Of a stretch of DNA of 64,000 bases, positions 10,802 through 21,959 are shown in pieces. Within the stretch, counting starts at the first letter, position 1, and the number at the start of each line of letters is the position of its first letter. Both the position numbers and the translations under genes were made by a program. The notes beneath the pieces are model-generated. The model was not told the origin of the DNA, did no database searches, and was given only the letters and a program-made list of their open reading frames with translations. Where the stretch lies: assembly GCA_031835245.2 (NCBI GenBank), contig JAVKOQ020000076.1:1-64000 (forward strand), in the 5' to 3' direction. The stretch is from Balamuthia mandrillaris. Lineage: Eukaryota.

Positions 10802-12259
10802 CTACTTCTGACCTGCTGTAAACTCTTGCAACAATCGCTTGAGGTGAGAGACAAAGAGTTGCCCTGCGGCGGGCTCCTCGCTCTTGATGGTGGCCTCCAT
10901 CATGAATGTCTTCGAAGACACCATCATTTCTACCAAGAAAAAGATATCGTCCTGAGGAATAAAAGGAGAGGTAAGGTTACAGAATAGCATAGTCGCGTTA
11001 GAGAGTGAAATGAATAAGGATAAGCACCATCTTCGCAAAGAGATAGAGCTTCATGTGTTCTTTAACCATTCCTGATGCCATGCAGCTGATATTATGAGAT
11101 GCTAGGAAGCTTTCCAGCTCGTCTGCCGCTTCTGGTTTGAGCTTCATCTTGATGACATCTCTGCAATGCAGTCAGTGAAGCGAAGAGCAGCAGAAAAGTA
11201 GAGAAGAAAGAAAATAGAACCAGAGAACCGGAAAACCAAAGAAGAGAAATCATGAGATAAAGGAATAAGATAAAAAACAGGAGATAGCAGAGGATGGTCA
11301 TACATGCTGTCTTGTGAGTTCCATTGGCCTTGAAACTCTTGTGGGTCCATGGTAGGCGTTGCCTCCAACTTCAATTTCTTTGGTACTGTCGTTACACTCT
11401 TGATGAAGCAAAGATTCAGTTAGCTTACAATAAGAGAAGAGAAGAGAAGAGAACGATGAAGAGAAGAGAAGAGAAGAGAAGAGAAGAGAAGAGAAAGAAG
11501 AGAAGAGAAGAGAAAGAAAGAGAAAGAAAGAGAAGAAAGAAGAAGAAGAAAGAGAAAGAGAAGAGAAGAGAAGAGAAGAGAAAGAGAAAGAGAAGAGAAG
11601 AGAAGAGAAGAGAAGAGAAGAGAAGAGAAGAGAACGATGAAGAGAAGAGAACGATGAAGAGAAGAGAAGAGAAGAGAAGAGAAGAGAACGATGAAGAGAA
11701 GAGAAGAGAAGAGAACAATGAAGAGAACGATGAAGAGAAGAGAACGATGAAGAGAAGAGAACGATGAAGAGAACGATGAAGAGACGAGAAGAGAACGATG
11801 AAGAGAAGAGAAACAAACCTTTTTCTTTAGCGCCTCAACGTCCGCTGCCGCGTTCTCTTCGTCCTCCTTTTGATCCTCTTCATCCTCATCAATAACAAAT
11901 ACAGCGTCCGGGTCCTCCGCCTCGACAAAACGTCTCAGTGGTCGCCCCTCCACGTCCCTGAGCTCGAATTCCTCCGAGTCGTCCTCTGCGCCTCCCCCTA
12001 CGAGCCGTCCTTGCTTGGCCAGCGGTTGGTAGGGCCTCTTCTTCCGGCTCCTCTGCAGCATGAACCGCACGAACCACCGCAGCAGGAGAACGAGGGCGCC
12101 AACGGCCAAAAGAAAGAACACCCCAGCGAGGAATCCCCAGAAGAAGCTCTCGTTCAACAGTCTGTTGTGCGGGGCGCGGGTCATCTCATCGTCGTGGCCG
12201 CTGTGTTGGCCATCGGCTTCGCTGCGGCCTTCGCTGCCCAAAGACGACGCTTCGTCCAT
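10802..12259 (-). CDS. Single-pass membrane protein with C-terminal beta-adaptin appendage (platform)-like domain, 4 exons
   Basis: Exon 1 (12259-11819) has TM FFWGFLAGVFFLLAVGALVLLLRW and an acidic tract; in-frame splicing gives LKLEATPTMDPQEFQGQW...LASHNISCMASG...MKLYLFAK...FFLVEMMV...MEATIKS, resembling the AP beta-subunit (AP4B1-like) C-terminus. Confidence 0.65.
11433..11810. repeat. (AGAAG)n satellite with interspersed GAACGATG units, fills an intron
   Basis: Direct inspection. Confidence 0.95.
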
Positions 12260-12503
12260 TCTTGCAATCCCCGCCGTCTTTGTCTTTTTTATTTTGTTCT
12301 ACTCCTTAAAATTTTAGGCATTTTATCGTGTCGTCATTACAAATATAATTCGTGTCGTCCCGCAAATTAAACTTTGTCGACATCTGCACTCTCCGTGTCG
12401 TCCCAATGGAATGTCGACATTTAATTTTTCACTTCATTTCTTGTGTCGTCCCGACAATTGTATGTCTTACAAAAAAAACACAAAGAAAGAAAAAAAAAAA
12501 GGG

Positions 12504-15500
12504 ATGAACGGGACCTCGACTACCTCCACGGGTGGAGGAGGTCTCTCTCCAGAGGTGGAGGCCCACAAGAAGCTTTTCCAAGAAGAAAAGGCGATGTTGC
12601 TGCGAGAGCTAAACGAAGAAAAAGAGGCTCATTCTTTCACCCTCCTTCAGGTTTGTTTTTTTTGAAAGTCCAAAATTTCATCTCTTCTTTTTTTTTTTTG
12701 ATTTAAGTTTTTTGTGGATTAAAAAAAATTACATGCTCAGTTGGAGGAAGAAAGGAAAAGCTCACAGGCGGCAAGCGCTACGCTGAGAGAGTACCAGCAA
12801 CAGCTGCAAGAGGCCCAAAAGGAACTGGAGGCCGAGCGCCAGCAACGCGAAGAGCTGGAGGCCCTTCAAAGCTATGCTGAGATGGCGCAAGAGGGCCTCT
12901 ACAAAGCCATCTCTTCTCTCGCTTCTGACAAGAATAACAACAACAAAGAAGAGGAACCCCAAGAAGAAGAAGCAGAGCGAACATCTTTGCCCGCTACTGC
13001 TTCGATTGCTTTGAATTCTTCTTCGTCTGCCTCGAATCCCACACATGCTTTGACCGCTTCGAATGCCCCTTCGCAAAGAAGCAGCAGCGAAACAGAAGCT
13101 TTGCTGCTGCTGTTGGAGGAGGAGAGACGGAGCTTGGATGTGACCCGCTCCCGGCTCTACTCCCTGCAACGGGAATGGGAGGCCGAACGAGCCAAACACG
13201 AGGAAGAGCGGCGACAGATGTTGGAGGAGAGAGAGCAGGCCCTCCGCGCTCAAAGAGCGTTGGAGGAGCGGTTGGAGGGAGCAGAGCAGGAGTTGGAGGA
13301 GGAGAGAGTCAACCTGGAGCTTAGTCAGGCGGCTCACGATAATCTTTTGGCTCAGTGGAAGGCTTTGCAAGAAGAGAGAGTGTTGCATGTCAGTTCTTCT
13401 TCTGTTGGTGACGGTAATGAAGTCAAAGAAGAGAAGAAAGAAGACAAAGGAGAAGCTGAAGGAGAAGCGAATGAATGGAAGAGAAAAGTGGAGGAGCTAC
13501 AGAGAGAAAAGATGTTGGCGAGCGTGGAGGCAGAATGCCTGAAGGAGGAGTTGCGCGTGGCTCTAGAAGAGCTGGAGAATGAGCGACAAGAAACACAGTT
13601 CCATTGGAATACCGTTTCGAACCTTCGTGCAGAGCTTCTTCGGTTGCAACACGCGCAAAAGGCTTTACCTACTGAAGAAAGTATTGTAACAGTGAAACAA
13701 AGTGAAAAAGAGGAAGAAACAGAAGAAGAAAAACAAGAAACAAAGAAAGAGGTAGACGAAGTAGAAAAGGATAAAGAGGCAGAACAACAAAGGAAGAAGC
13801 AACAAGTTGAAGAGGAAATTCAAAGCTTGAAGACCCAAGCGAATGAATGGAAGAGAAAAGTGGAGGAGCTTCAACAACAGCTGGAAGCGGAGCGAGAGAG
13901 CCAAGCCGAAAATCAGCAAGAACTCTATCGCATGGAAGCCAAGTTGAGCAGAGCCACAAAACAACTGGACGTCTTTCGTTCCAGTGCTGCTGCTGAAGCT
14001 GAAAAGCACCAAGAAGCCTATTCACTACTTCAGTCTCGGCTCGACTCTCTTCTTGCGGAGAAGAGTGAGAAAGTAAAGGAAGAAGAAAAAGAGGAAACGG
14101 AAGATAAGATAGAGCTGCTCGAAGCAGAGAAGCGTTCTCTTGCAGAGGAGAGAGAACAATGGCAACAAGAAAAGAAACAACTAGAAGAAAAACTTCTCAA
14201 ACAACAAGAAGAACAACTACAAAAACTAAAACAAGAACAAGTGCGATCAGAGCAAGAACAGCTAGTGGAACAGTTGCAACAAGAGTTGGCAAAGAAGGAA
14301 GAAGAGTTATATCAAAGCGCCCAACACGCAAAAGAAGCGAAAGAGCTGCTCGAAAGTGAACGGCGAAAGCTGATAGAGCAGCAAGAAGAGAGCCAACAGA
14401 TGGTAATAGAGTTGAGCAACATGAAGCAAGAGAAAGAGATGATAGAACGAACAATCGACGAACTTCGCTGCAACATACAACAAAACGAAGAAGAGCTTCA
14501 AAACCTTCGTAAACAAAATCAACAACAAAAGGAAGACTATGAGAAACAACAACAAAACGAGGAAGAACGCGAACAAGACAAAGAGAACGCAGCAATAGCG
14601 TTGGTAGAGCAACGACTACGTCAAGTGGAAGAAGAACTTGAGAAAGAGAGAATGAGGAATGAAGAAAAAATAGCAGCACTGAGAGAGGAACACGCGCTTG
14701 AGCTCACTCAGAGGGAGGAGGAGGCCATTGCAGAGAAGCAAGAATCGGATATGAGACTGTGCCAGCTCGGAGAGAAAGTGGAAAATCTTTTGAGGCTCAA
14801 AGAGAACTGGGATCAAGAATGGGCACAAAAGGAAGAGAGCTTTGCTCAGCAAGAGCAACGATTGCTGGAGCGAGAGAAAGCTCTTTTGTCTGCTTCGGTT
14901 TTGGAAGCAGAAGGTGGAAGGAAGGCAGAAGAAGAAACAAAAAATCTAGCAACAGAAGGTGAGAGAGCAATACGTCTTGAAGAAGAGGAATGTCGTCTCC
15001 GACAACTGGAAACAGCTCTTCAAGAAAAAGAGGCAGAGTATCTTCGCAAGTGTGAAGCGCTGGAAGAAGATGCTCGAAAGAAACAAGAAGAACTCGAACT
15101 ACAGCGAAAGAACTTTGAAGATCAGCTCAAAGAGTTAAAGGACAGAGCGAGCAACGTTCATTTATTGAAAGAAACAGAGAAAAGAGCAGAAGAAATGGAA
15201 AAAGCAAAAGAACACGAAAAGGAGGCGTTACATCTTGTGGAAGAGGAACATCGTCTCCGGCTACTGGAAACAGCTCTTCAAGGAAGAGAGGCTGAGTATC
15301 TTCGCAGATGCGAGTCACTCGAAGAGGAAGCTCGAAAGAAACAGGAAGAACTCGAACAACAGAGAAAGAATGTTGAGGAACAATTTAAAGAACTGAATGA
15401 TAGAGCGACTAAAGTTCGTTTGTTAGAAGAGGAGAGCGCTAAAGTGGCAACTGAACTAATTTCTAGAGAGGAGCAACTCTCCGCTCTTCAACAAGCCCTC

Positions 15501-18268
15501 CAACAGAAAGAAAGCGAGTTGAGTTCCAAAGAGAACGAGTTTACAGAACAGCAAAAGCAAAGACAAAAACTTTTGGAGGAAGAGGAAGAGAAAGAGAAGC
15601 ACAAAAGACGACTCGAAGAAGAAAAAGAAGAAAAAAGAAGAAGCGAAGCAGAAAGAAAGAAGATGAGGGATGATGAAGAAGAGAAGAATAGAAGGAAGAG
15701 GAAAGAAGAAGAAGAAAGAAGAGAGGCTGAGTTGAAACGTAAAGAAGAGCTGAAACTAAAGGAAGAACAATTGGCGCAAACGGAAGCCAAAGTGGAACGC
15801 GTCAAACAGCATTTGAGAGAAAAAAGAGAACAACTCTTACAAAAAGAACAACAATTATCAGAACAACAGCAAACAAAGCAGACAACAACTTCTACCGCCA
15901 GAGCTTCAATTGGTGCCACCTCAAGTCAACAGCGACCATCTTCATCTCAAAAGAGAGTGGCAGCTACACGAGCTAGTTCCAGTGGAGTAATCGCTCGAGT
16001 TACTCCTTCGTCTTCTTCATCGTCTTTATCGTCTTCATCATTGTCTTCATCTTCGTCAACTTCCTCAGCGAATGCGAAGAGAAAACCAAGTGCTCGTATG
16101 AGTCTTCCGAGTGTACCTCCACCAACAACCAAGAAGAGCACCAACAAGCCAACAAAAGATGAGCAGCAACTAACACAACCAAAGAAGAGCAAGAAAGAAC
16201 GGCAAGAACAAGCAGAAGAAAATAAGAAAGCTTCAACAACAAAACATAAAGGAAAAGAAGAACAGAGTGGAGAAGACGAAAGTGAAGCACAATCAGAAAA
16301 CAACCAAAAAAGCCCTTCTCTTCGCGAACATCAAGAACTGAATGCCGAAGTAGAAAAGTTAGCAGAACAGGTCCAAAAACAACGACAGATCCTGAAGCAG
16401 ATGAAAGACAAGTTCTCCACTACGGTGAAAGAAAAGGAGGCAGCTCTCTCCGAAGTCACTCAGCTCAAAGAACAGCTGCAGCAAATGCAGAGAAAATACG
16501 AGTACGCCAAAAAGAAAGCTCTTCAAGCGTCCTCAGCTTCTTCTTCTCCAGTTTCCTCGTCTTCTATTTCTCGTCGTTCGACAGCTTCTTCTGTTTCTCA
16601 ATCTCGTTCATCCTCTTCTTCTCCCTCTTCTTCTGCTTCTGTCAGTCCAAAACAGCAAAGACGCAATAATACGAGCAACAAAGACTCCTCGTCTTCTTCT
16701 TCATCATCTTCTTCGTCTTCATCATCTCAAAAACTGATGATGAAGATAAAAGAAATGGAACAAAAAGCACTAGAAAAGGAACAAGAAGCAGATAAGCTCC
16801 GAAAGGAAACTGAGGAGAAAGCAACTCAACTCGATATTCTTCGTCAACGCTTAGAGAATAGTGAACGTGAGCTTAACCAACTGCGAGATAACAACTCTCT
16901 TCTCGAACAGCAATTCAATCGACTCAAACAAGAAGCAGAAGAAGAAAGAAAAAGAACAGCAACAACATCTTCATTGCTGATTACACGGAAAGATGAAGAA
17001 CTCTTGCGTACTCAACAAAAACAACAAATAGAAGAGATGAAGCAACTTAACGAAGAGATTTTGGACTTGTTGGAAAAGGAACGTGCTCACAACGAAGAGC
17101 TCCGCCGACAGGCCAAAGAAAAAGAAGACTTGTTGAAAGGAGACCTTCAGACGGAACGCGGCAGTCACGCGTACACTTTAGGCCAACTCCAGGAGCTGAA
17201 GAATCGTTTAGAAGAGACATCAACGGCGCTGTTGCGTTTGCAAGAGCAGCTGAATGAGGCGTATGCCAAGCAGAGAGCGGCAAAGGAGGAGAAGCAAAAG
17301 ATGAAAGCGAAATTGCAACTCGTGCAAGCGCAATATGAAGCTGCGTTGAGAGACCAACAGCGACAACAAAAAGAGTTATCACAACTTCAACAAGCCAGAG
17401 AAAAAGATAATGACGGAGAGACAAGAGCTAGAAGGACCTATTTGAGCGCTTCTACTGCTATGAAGAGAGATGAATGGAGTAATCATCTAAGCATGGATGG
17501 CAAAAACGAAGAAAATGGAGAAGACGGGGAGAGAAAAAAGAAACTGGAGAGACGGTTGGAGGAGACGGAGACCAAGTTGGTTGTTGCACAGAAAGAGTTG
17601 GAGGAGGAACGACTGAAGACGCAGATGCTCGCTGTCCGAAACCTCAAAACTCAAGTTGCTGACTTAAACCAGGTTTGCTTTCTCCTCGTTGTCTTGTATT
17701 GTTCGTTTCTTATTTTTCGCATTCCAAACAGTTATACGAAGCACAATCACTGTTGGAAGTACTTTTAGAGAACGTAACAACAACAAAAGAAAACCAGAAG
17801 GAAGAAGAAGGAGAAGCAGAATCCGAGGTCGAAAGACTTAAACAGTTACAACAACAACTGATAACGCTGAGACAACAACACGAAAGGGCTTTGGCCGCGT
17901 TGCAACAAACGAAACAACAATTGATCGATGCTCAAAAGTTCAGTTTGAAGCAACAAAACACCAACACAAAGAAGAAAGAGGGTGGAGGTGAAGAAGATGA
18001 AGAAAATGAAGAAGAGAAGACTACCCTTTGGAAAGCAAGCGAGCATTATGCAATGTTAGCAAAGAACATGATTTCTTTGGATTGTCATGAAGAAGAGAAA
18101 GAAGGAGAAGCAGAACGGTTGGAAGCGGCAAAGAGAATGCTGGAAGAACTGTTGGAGAGAGAAGAGGCGAGAGAGGAGTTGAAGAAGATTCATGAGGATA
18201 CGCTCATGCTCCACAAAATCGTAAGCAGTTACCGAAAGCAGTTTGCGGAGCTGCATTCTCTTCGGTAA
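12504..18268 (+). CDS. Very large E/K/Q-rich coiled-coil protein (~1870 aa), 3 exons, no recognisable globular domain
   Basis: 4.9 kb open exon with heptad composition; introns 12651-12740 and 17673-17730; internal repeats (ANEWKRKVEELQ x2; ~55 aa RL..LETALQ..EAEYLR.CE.LEE.ARKKQEELE x2). Confidence 0.85.
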
Positions 18269-18355
18269 AGCGTTTTTATTTTGAAGAATATTTGGTATCG
18301 TTTTCGCTTTCTCTCTCTTTCTTTCTTTCTTCTTCCTTTATTGTGTTGTTGATGA

Positions 18356-20065
18356 TTAGGGAGGAGAGGGGGACCGCGAGGAAGAAGAGCGTTCTTTTTC
18401 TTCCTCTTCTTCCTCTTCAATTTCTCTTTTTCTTTGTTTCAGCTTTCTTTCTTTGCTTTCTGTCTCTTTTTCCACTTCTTTCTCCTCTTTATCGTCATTT
18501 TCCTTCCTTCTCTTCTTGGTTGTCACCTCCTTAACCTCCTTGTTGTCCTTTTCTTTGGTCACTTGCGTTTCCTTCTCCTCTTCTTGCTCTTCTTCCTCCT
18601 CCCCTCCCTCCTTCCCCTCATCTTTTTCCTCTCTTTTCTCATCCTCCTCACTCTCCTCTCTCTCTTTCTCTTCTTCCTCGCCTTCCTCGTCTTTTTCTTC
18701 GTCTTCCTCCTTTTCCTGGTCTTTCTTCTCTCGTTCGTTCTCTGCTTCCTCGTCTTCTTCTTCTTCCGCTTCTGGTTTCCTCTTTTCGTCACCAGATTGG
18801 TTAATGGTGTAATAGATGTGTGGTTTTGCCTTTGTCTTTAGGAATCTCGCGTTGCTCAGCAGCTTACTTTGTCTCTCTCGCGTTGCGCTCTTCATTCCAT
18901 TAAAACAAAAAGTTGTTACAATTTTTCAAACAGACACAAAACGAAGAAAGAAAGAGAAAGACTAACATACCATGAGAAGCTCTTCCTTCTCTTCGAGCTG
19001 CTTCACCAGTGCTTCATGCTCGGCACTGAGCTGCTCCTTCTCCTTACGAATTGTCTCCAACTGGCCCTCCAGCATCTTGCTGCGCTCCTCACGCTCCTTC
19101 TCGATGACCTTCTGCTCAATAGACTCCCTCAATATGTCCTTTTCCGTCTTCTTCTCCACCTCTTTTTTAAAGCTTTGCAACGTGCCGACCAACAAAGCTC
19201 CAAACAGGTTTCTCGTCCTCCTTCTCTCTTCGCTTCCACCAACAATATTCGTTGTTCTAGTGTTTGTATTTGCATTTGTCCGCGAAGAAGAAGAGGAGGA
19301 GGACGATGAAGAGTTTCGAGCTTTATCTCTTTCTTCTTCATGACGAGGGAACGATGATGATCTACGACGACGTTTGTTATCTTCTTCATTATGGCGAGCG
19401 TCATCCTCTTTTTCTTCATGATGATGGCGAGAGGTTCCCCGTTTGTCCTTGTCGCTTCGGGAAGACGAGGAGGAGGAAGAGGAAGAGGAAGAGACGGCAA
19501 CAACAGCAGAAGAGAGTTTGCGTTTTCTGGTGGAACCATCTTCATTGCTGTCGATTTGTGAGGTACCTCCTTTTTGTTGCCTGAAATTTTAAAAAGTTAA
19601 AGAAGAGGAAGAAAAAGACGACGCTGATGATGATGAAGAAGAAGAAGCACAGAAGCACAAGAAGAAGAAGAAGAAGAAGAAGAAAGAAGAAGAAGAAGGA
19701 CAAAGAACGAAACCAACACCAAGAGCAAAAAGAAGAAGAAAAGAACATCAAGAAGAGGCATACTCAACACCGCTTGCGCTGCCGCTGTTGCCACTGCGTG
19801 TGGAGAGCATCTTCTCCTCCTTGCGCTGCAGGCCCTGCAAGCGGCCCTCCAAGGCTTGTTTTTGTCTTTGCAGCTGTCCCAGCTCACGGCGCAGCTCGTG
19901 GTGCTCCTCCTCCCTTCCGCCGCTGGGGCCACCAAAGTGGAACCCTTGAGGCCTACCGCCTCCACCCCCACCGCTTCTGCTTTGTCTCTTGAACGAAGCT
20001 TCTCTGCTTCCTCCCTCTCCATCTTCCTCTTCCTCTTTCTCTCTTTTCATGATCGCTTTCCTCAT
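18356..20065 (-). CDS. PNN: Pinin/SDK/memA family protein, 3 exons (start approximate)
   Basis: RRRTRNLFGALLVGTLQSFKKE...SIEQKV...RFLKTKAKPHIYY matches the Pinin_SDK_memA domain; acidic tail ending in SRSPSPP. Confidence 0.8.
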
Positions 20066-20445
20066 TTTTTTTTTGTGTTTGGTAGTGTGTAGAGAGTACT
20101 GATGCGACAAGCTCTTTTGGTGAAACCTTTTCCCCCCTCACAAAGCTCTAAAAATCAATCAAATCAAATCCCGAATCGAGCTTTTTTTCTCTTCTTTCTT
20201 TGCCGCAAATAAAATAAAAAATAAAAGTCGAATATTTTTCCGGTTTCCCCATGGAATGCAAATAATTTGAAACATTCAAATTATTTAAAAATATTTTAAA
20301 TATTTGGTATTTCCCCGCGGAATGCGAAGAATTTTAAACATTTAAATAATTAAAAGTATTTGGAATATCTGGGCTATGATAAACATTTACAGTATTCCAA
20401 GAATTTTGCACCGCAAAAGAAAAATTGCAGCCAAGCAGAAGAAGG

Positions 20446-20664
20446 ATGTCTGATTCCAGCGAAGATGAAGATTTTGTGCCCTCTGGTAAGGGTGTTCTCT
20501 CTCTCTTGCTCTCTCTCTCTCTCTCTCTCTCCTTATCGCTCGTTTCTCCTAAGGATGATTTTTTTTAACAAAAAAAAAAAACACAGAAGAGGAAGAAGAA
20601 AAAGAAAGTGAACCACAAATAAGGTTTGTGTTTTGTTTTACTGATTTCTCCTCTCCCTCACTCA

Positions 20665-20702
<38 letters not shown>

Positions 20703-21818
20703 AAACGTTTTATGGTTTTTTTAAACAAACAGTGAAGAAGAGCGGCAAAGACAAGCTGCGGAGGAGCAAGCCAGAAAAGCGGCCGCTCAAAAGGACATTG
20801 ATGACCTTTGGGCTAAACTTCAGGCCGGTCGTTCCACAACCAAATCCACTGCTTCTTCTTGTTCTTCTTGTTCTTCTTCTTCTTCTTCTTCTTCTTCTTC
20901 TTCTTCTTCTCTTTCATCAACACAAACAAAACCCTCTCCTACGCAACAAACGATGAGCGAAGAACGCAAAAGGCTGATGGCGGAGGCAATGGGGCTGTTG
21001 TCCAAAGTCAAAAGCGCCACCGCTTCCTCTGCTGATGATCAAGAAAAGCACGAAGCGGCGCAAGAAGAAGCAGAAACGAATGTCGAGAACAGCCATGCTG
21101 GACAAACCTTCTCCACTGGAAAGAGAAAGCGGTTGGTTGATCTGCTGTTTTCTTTGCTCGCTTCTCTTTCTCTCTCTATGTTTCTCATTTTGCTTCTCTT
21201 TCCTCGTTCTCTCGCTCTCTGCTCTCTTCTCGTCCTTTAGCTGCTTCTCTCTACTCTTGTTCTGTCGTTATCTCGCTCCGCTTTCTCTTCTCTCTTCTCT
21301 TGTTCTGTCGCTCGCTCCTGGCTCTTAACTCTTGTTTGTTTTGTCGTCTTTCTCATGTTCTCTTGCCATTACAAACTTCAGAAGCGAAGCCGGAGAAAGT
21401 CGTCACTATCAAAGCGTCAACGCAACGACGATAGCCTCCACTCCTTCTTCTGCATTGGATGAGCTAGCAGCAACGATGGGTGGCAAGAAAAAGAAAAAGG
21501 TGACAACCCTCCAACGCTCAAAGCAAGATTGGCAACGGTTTAAGACCACGGAGGGCAAACAGTACGAACATGAATTGGAACAAAACATAAAGTCTGGCGG
21601 GTATGTTATGTTTAATATTTTTCTCCCTTTTTTTTTCTTCTTTGTTCTTTGTTCTTTCTGCTTCTTTGTTTCTTTTTTCAACCTAACGAACGCACGGATT
21701 ATTCCACAGATACCTGGCAAAGCAAGCCTTTTTACAAGAGGCAGATCTTCGTCAGTACGAACGAGAAAAACAGCTTCGGAAAAAGAAACCCTCTTCTATC
21801 ACACCAAACATCAAATAA
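20446..21818 (+). CDS. CFDP1: BCNT/CFDP1 (Swc5) family protein, multi-exon
   Basis: N-terminal MSDSSEDEDFVP, IDDLWAKL, C-terminal KKKVTTLQRSKQDWQRFK...SGGYLAKQAFLQEADLRQYEREK (BCNT-C domain). Confidence 0.85.
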
Positions 21819-21959
21819 CACCTGTTCTTTGCTTCTGCCCTCTTCTTGCTTCTTGCTTCTTCCTCCTGCTGCTTGTTACCCCTTCTTCCTTCTTGCTTCT
21901 TAAAACGATTCCAACAACAAATCAACAAGAACAAATAGAGAAAATGAAGTAATGCCCTT

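Noticed and set aside
11433..11810. Regularly recurring GAACGATGAAGA units resembling a CRISPR array
   Set aside because: The spacers are just AGAAG repeats inside a spliceosomal intron; no unique spacers and no cas genes
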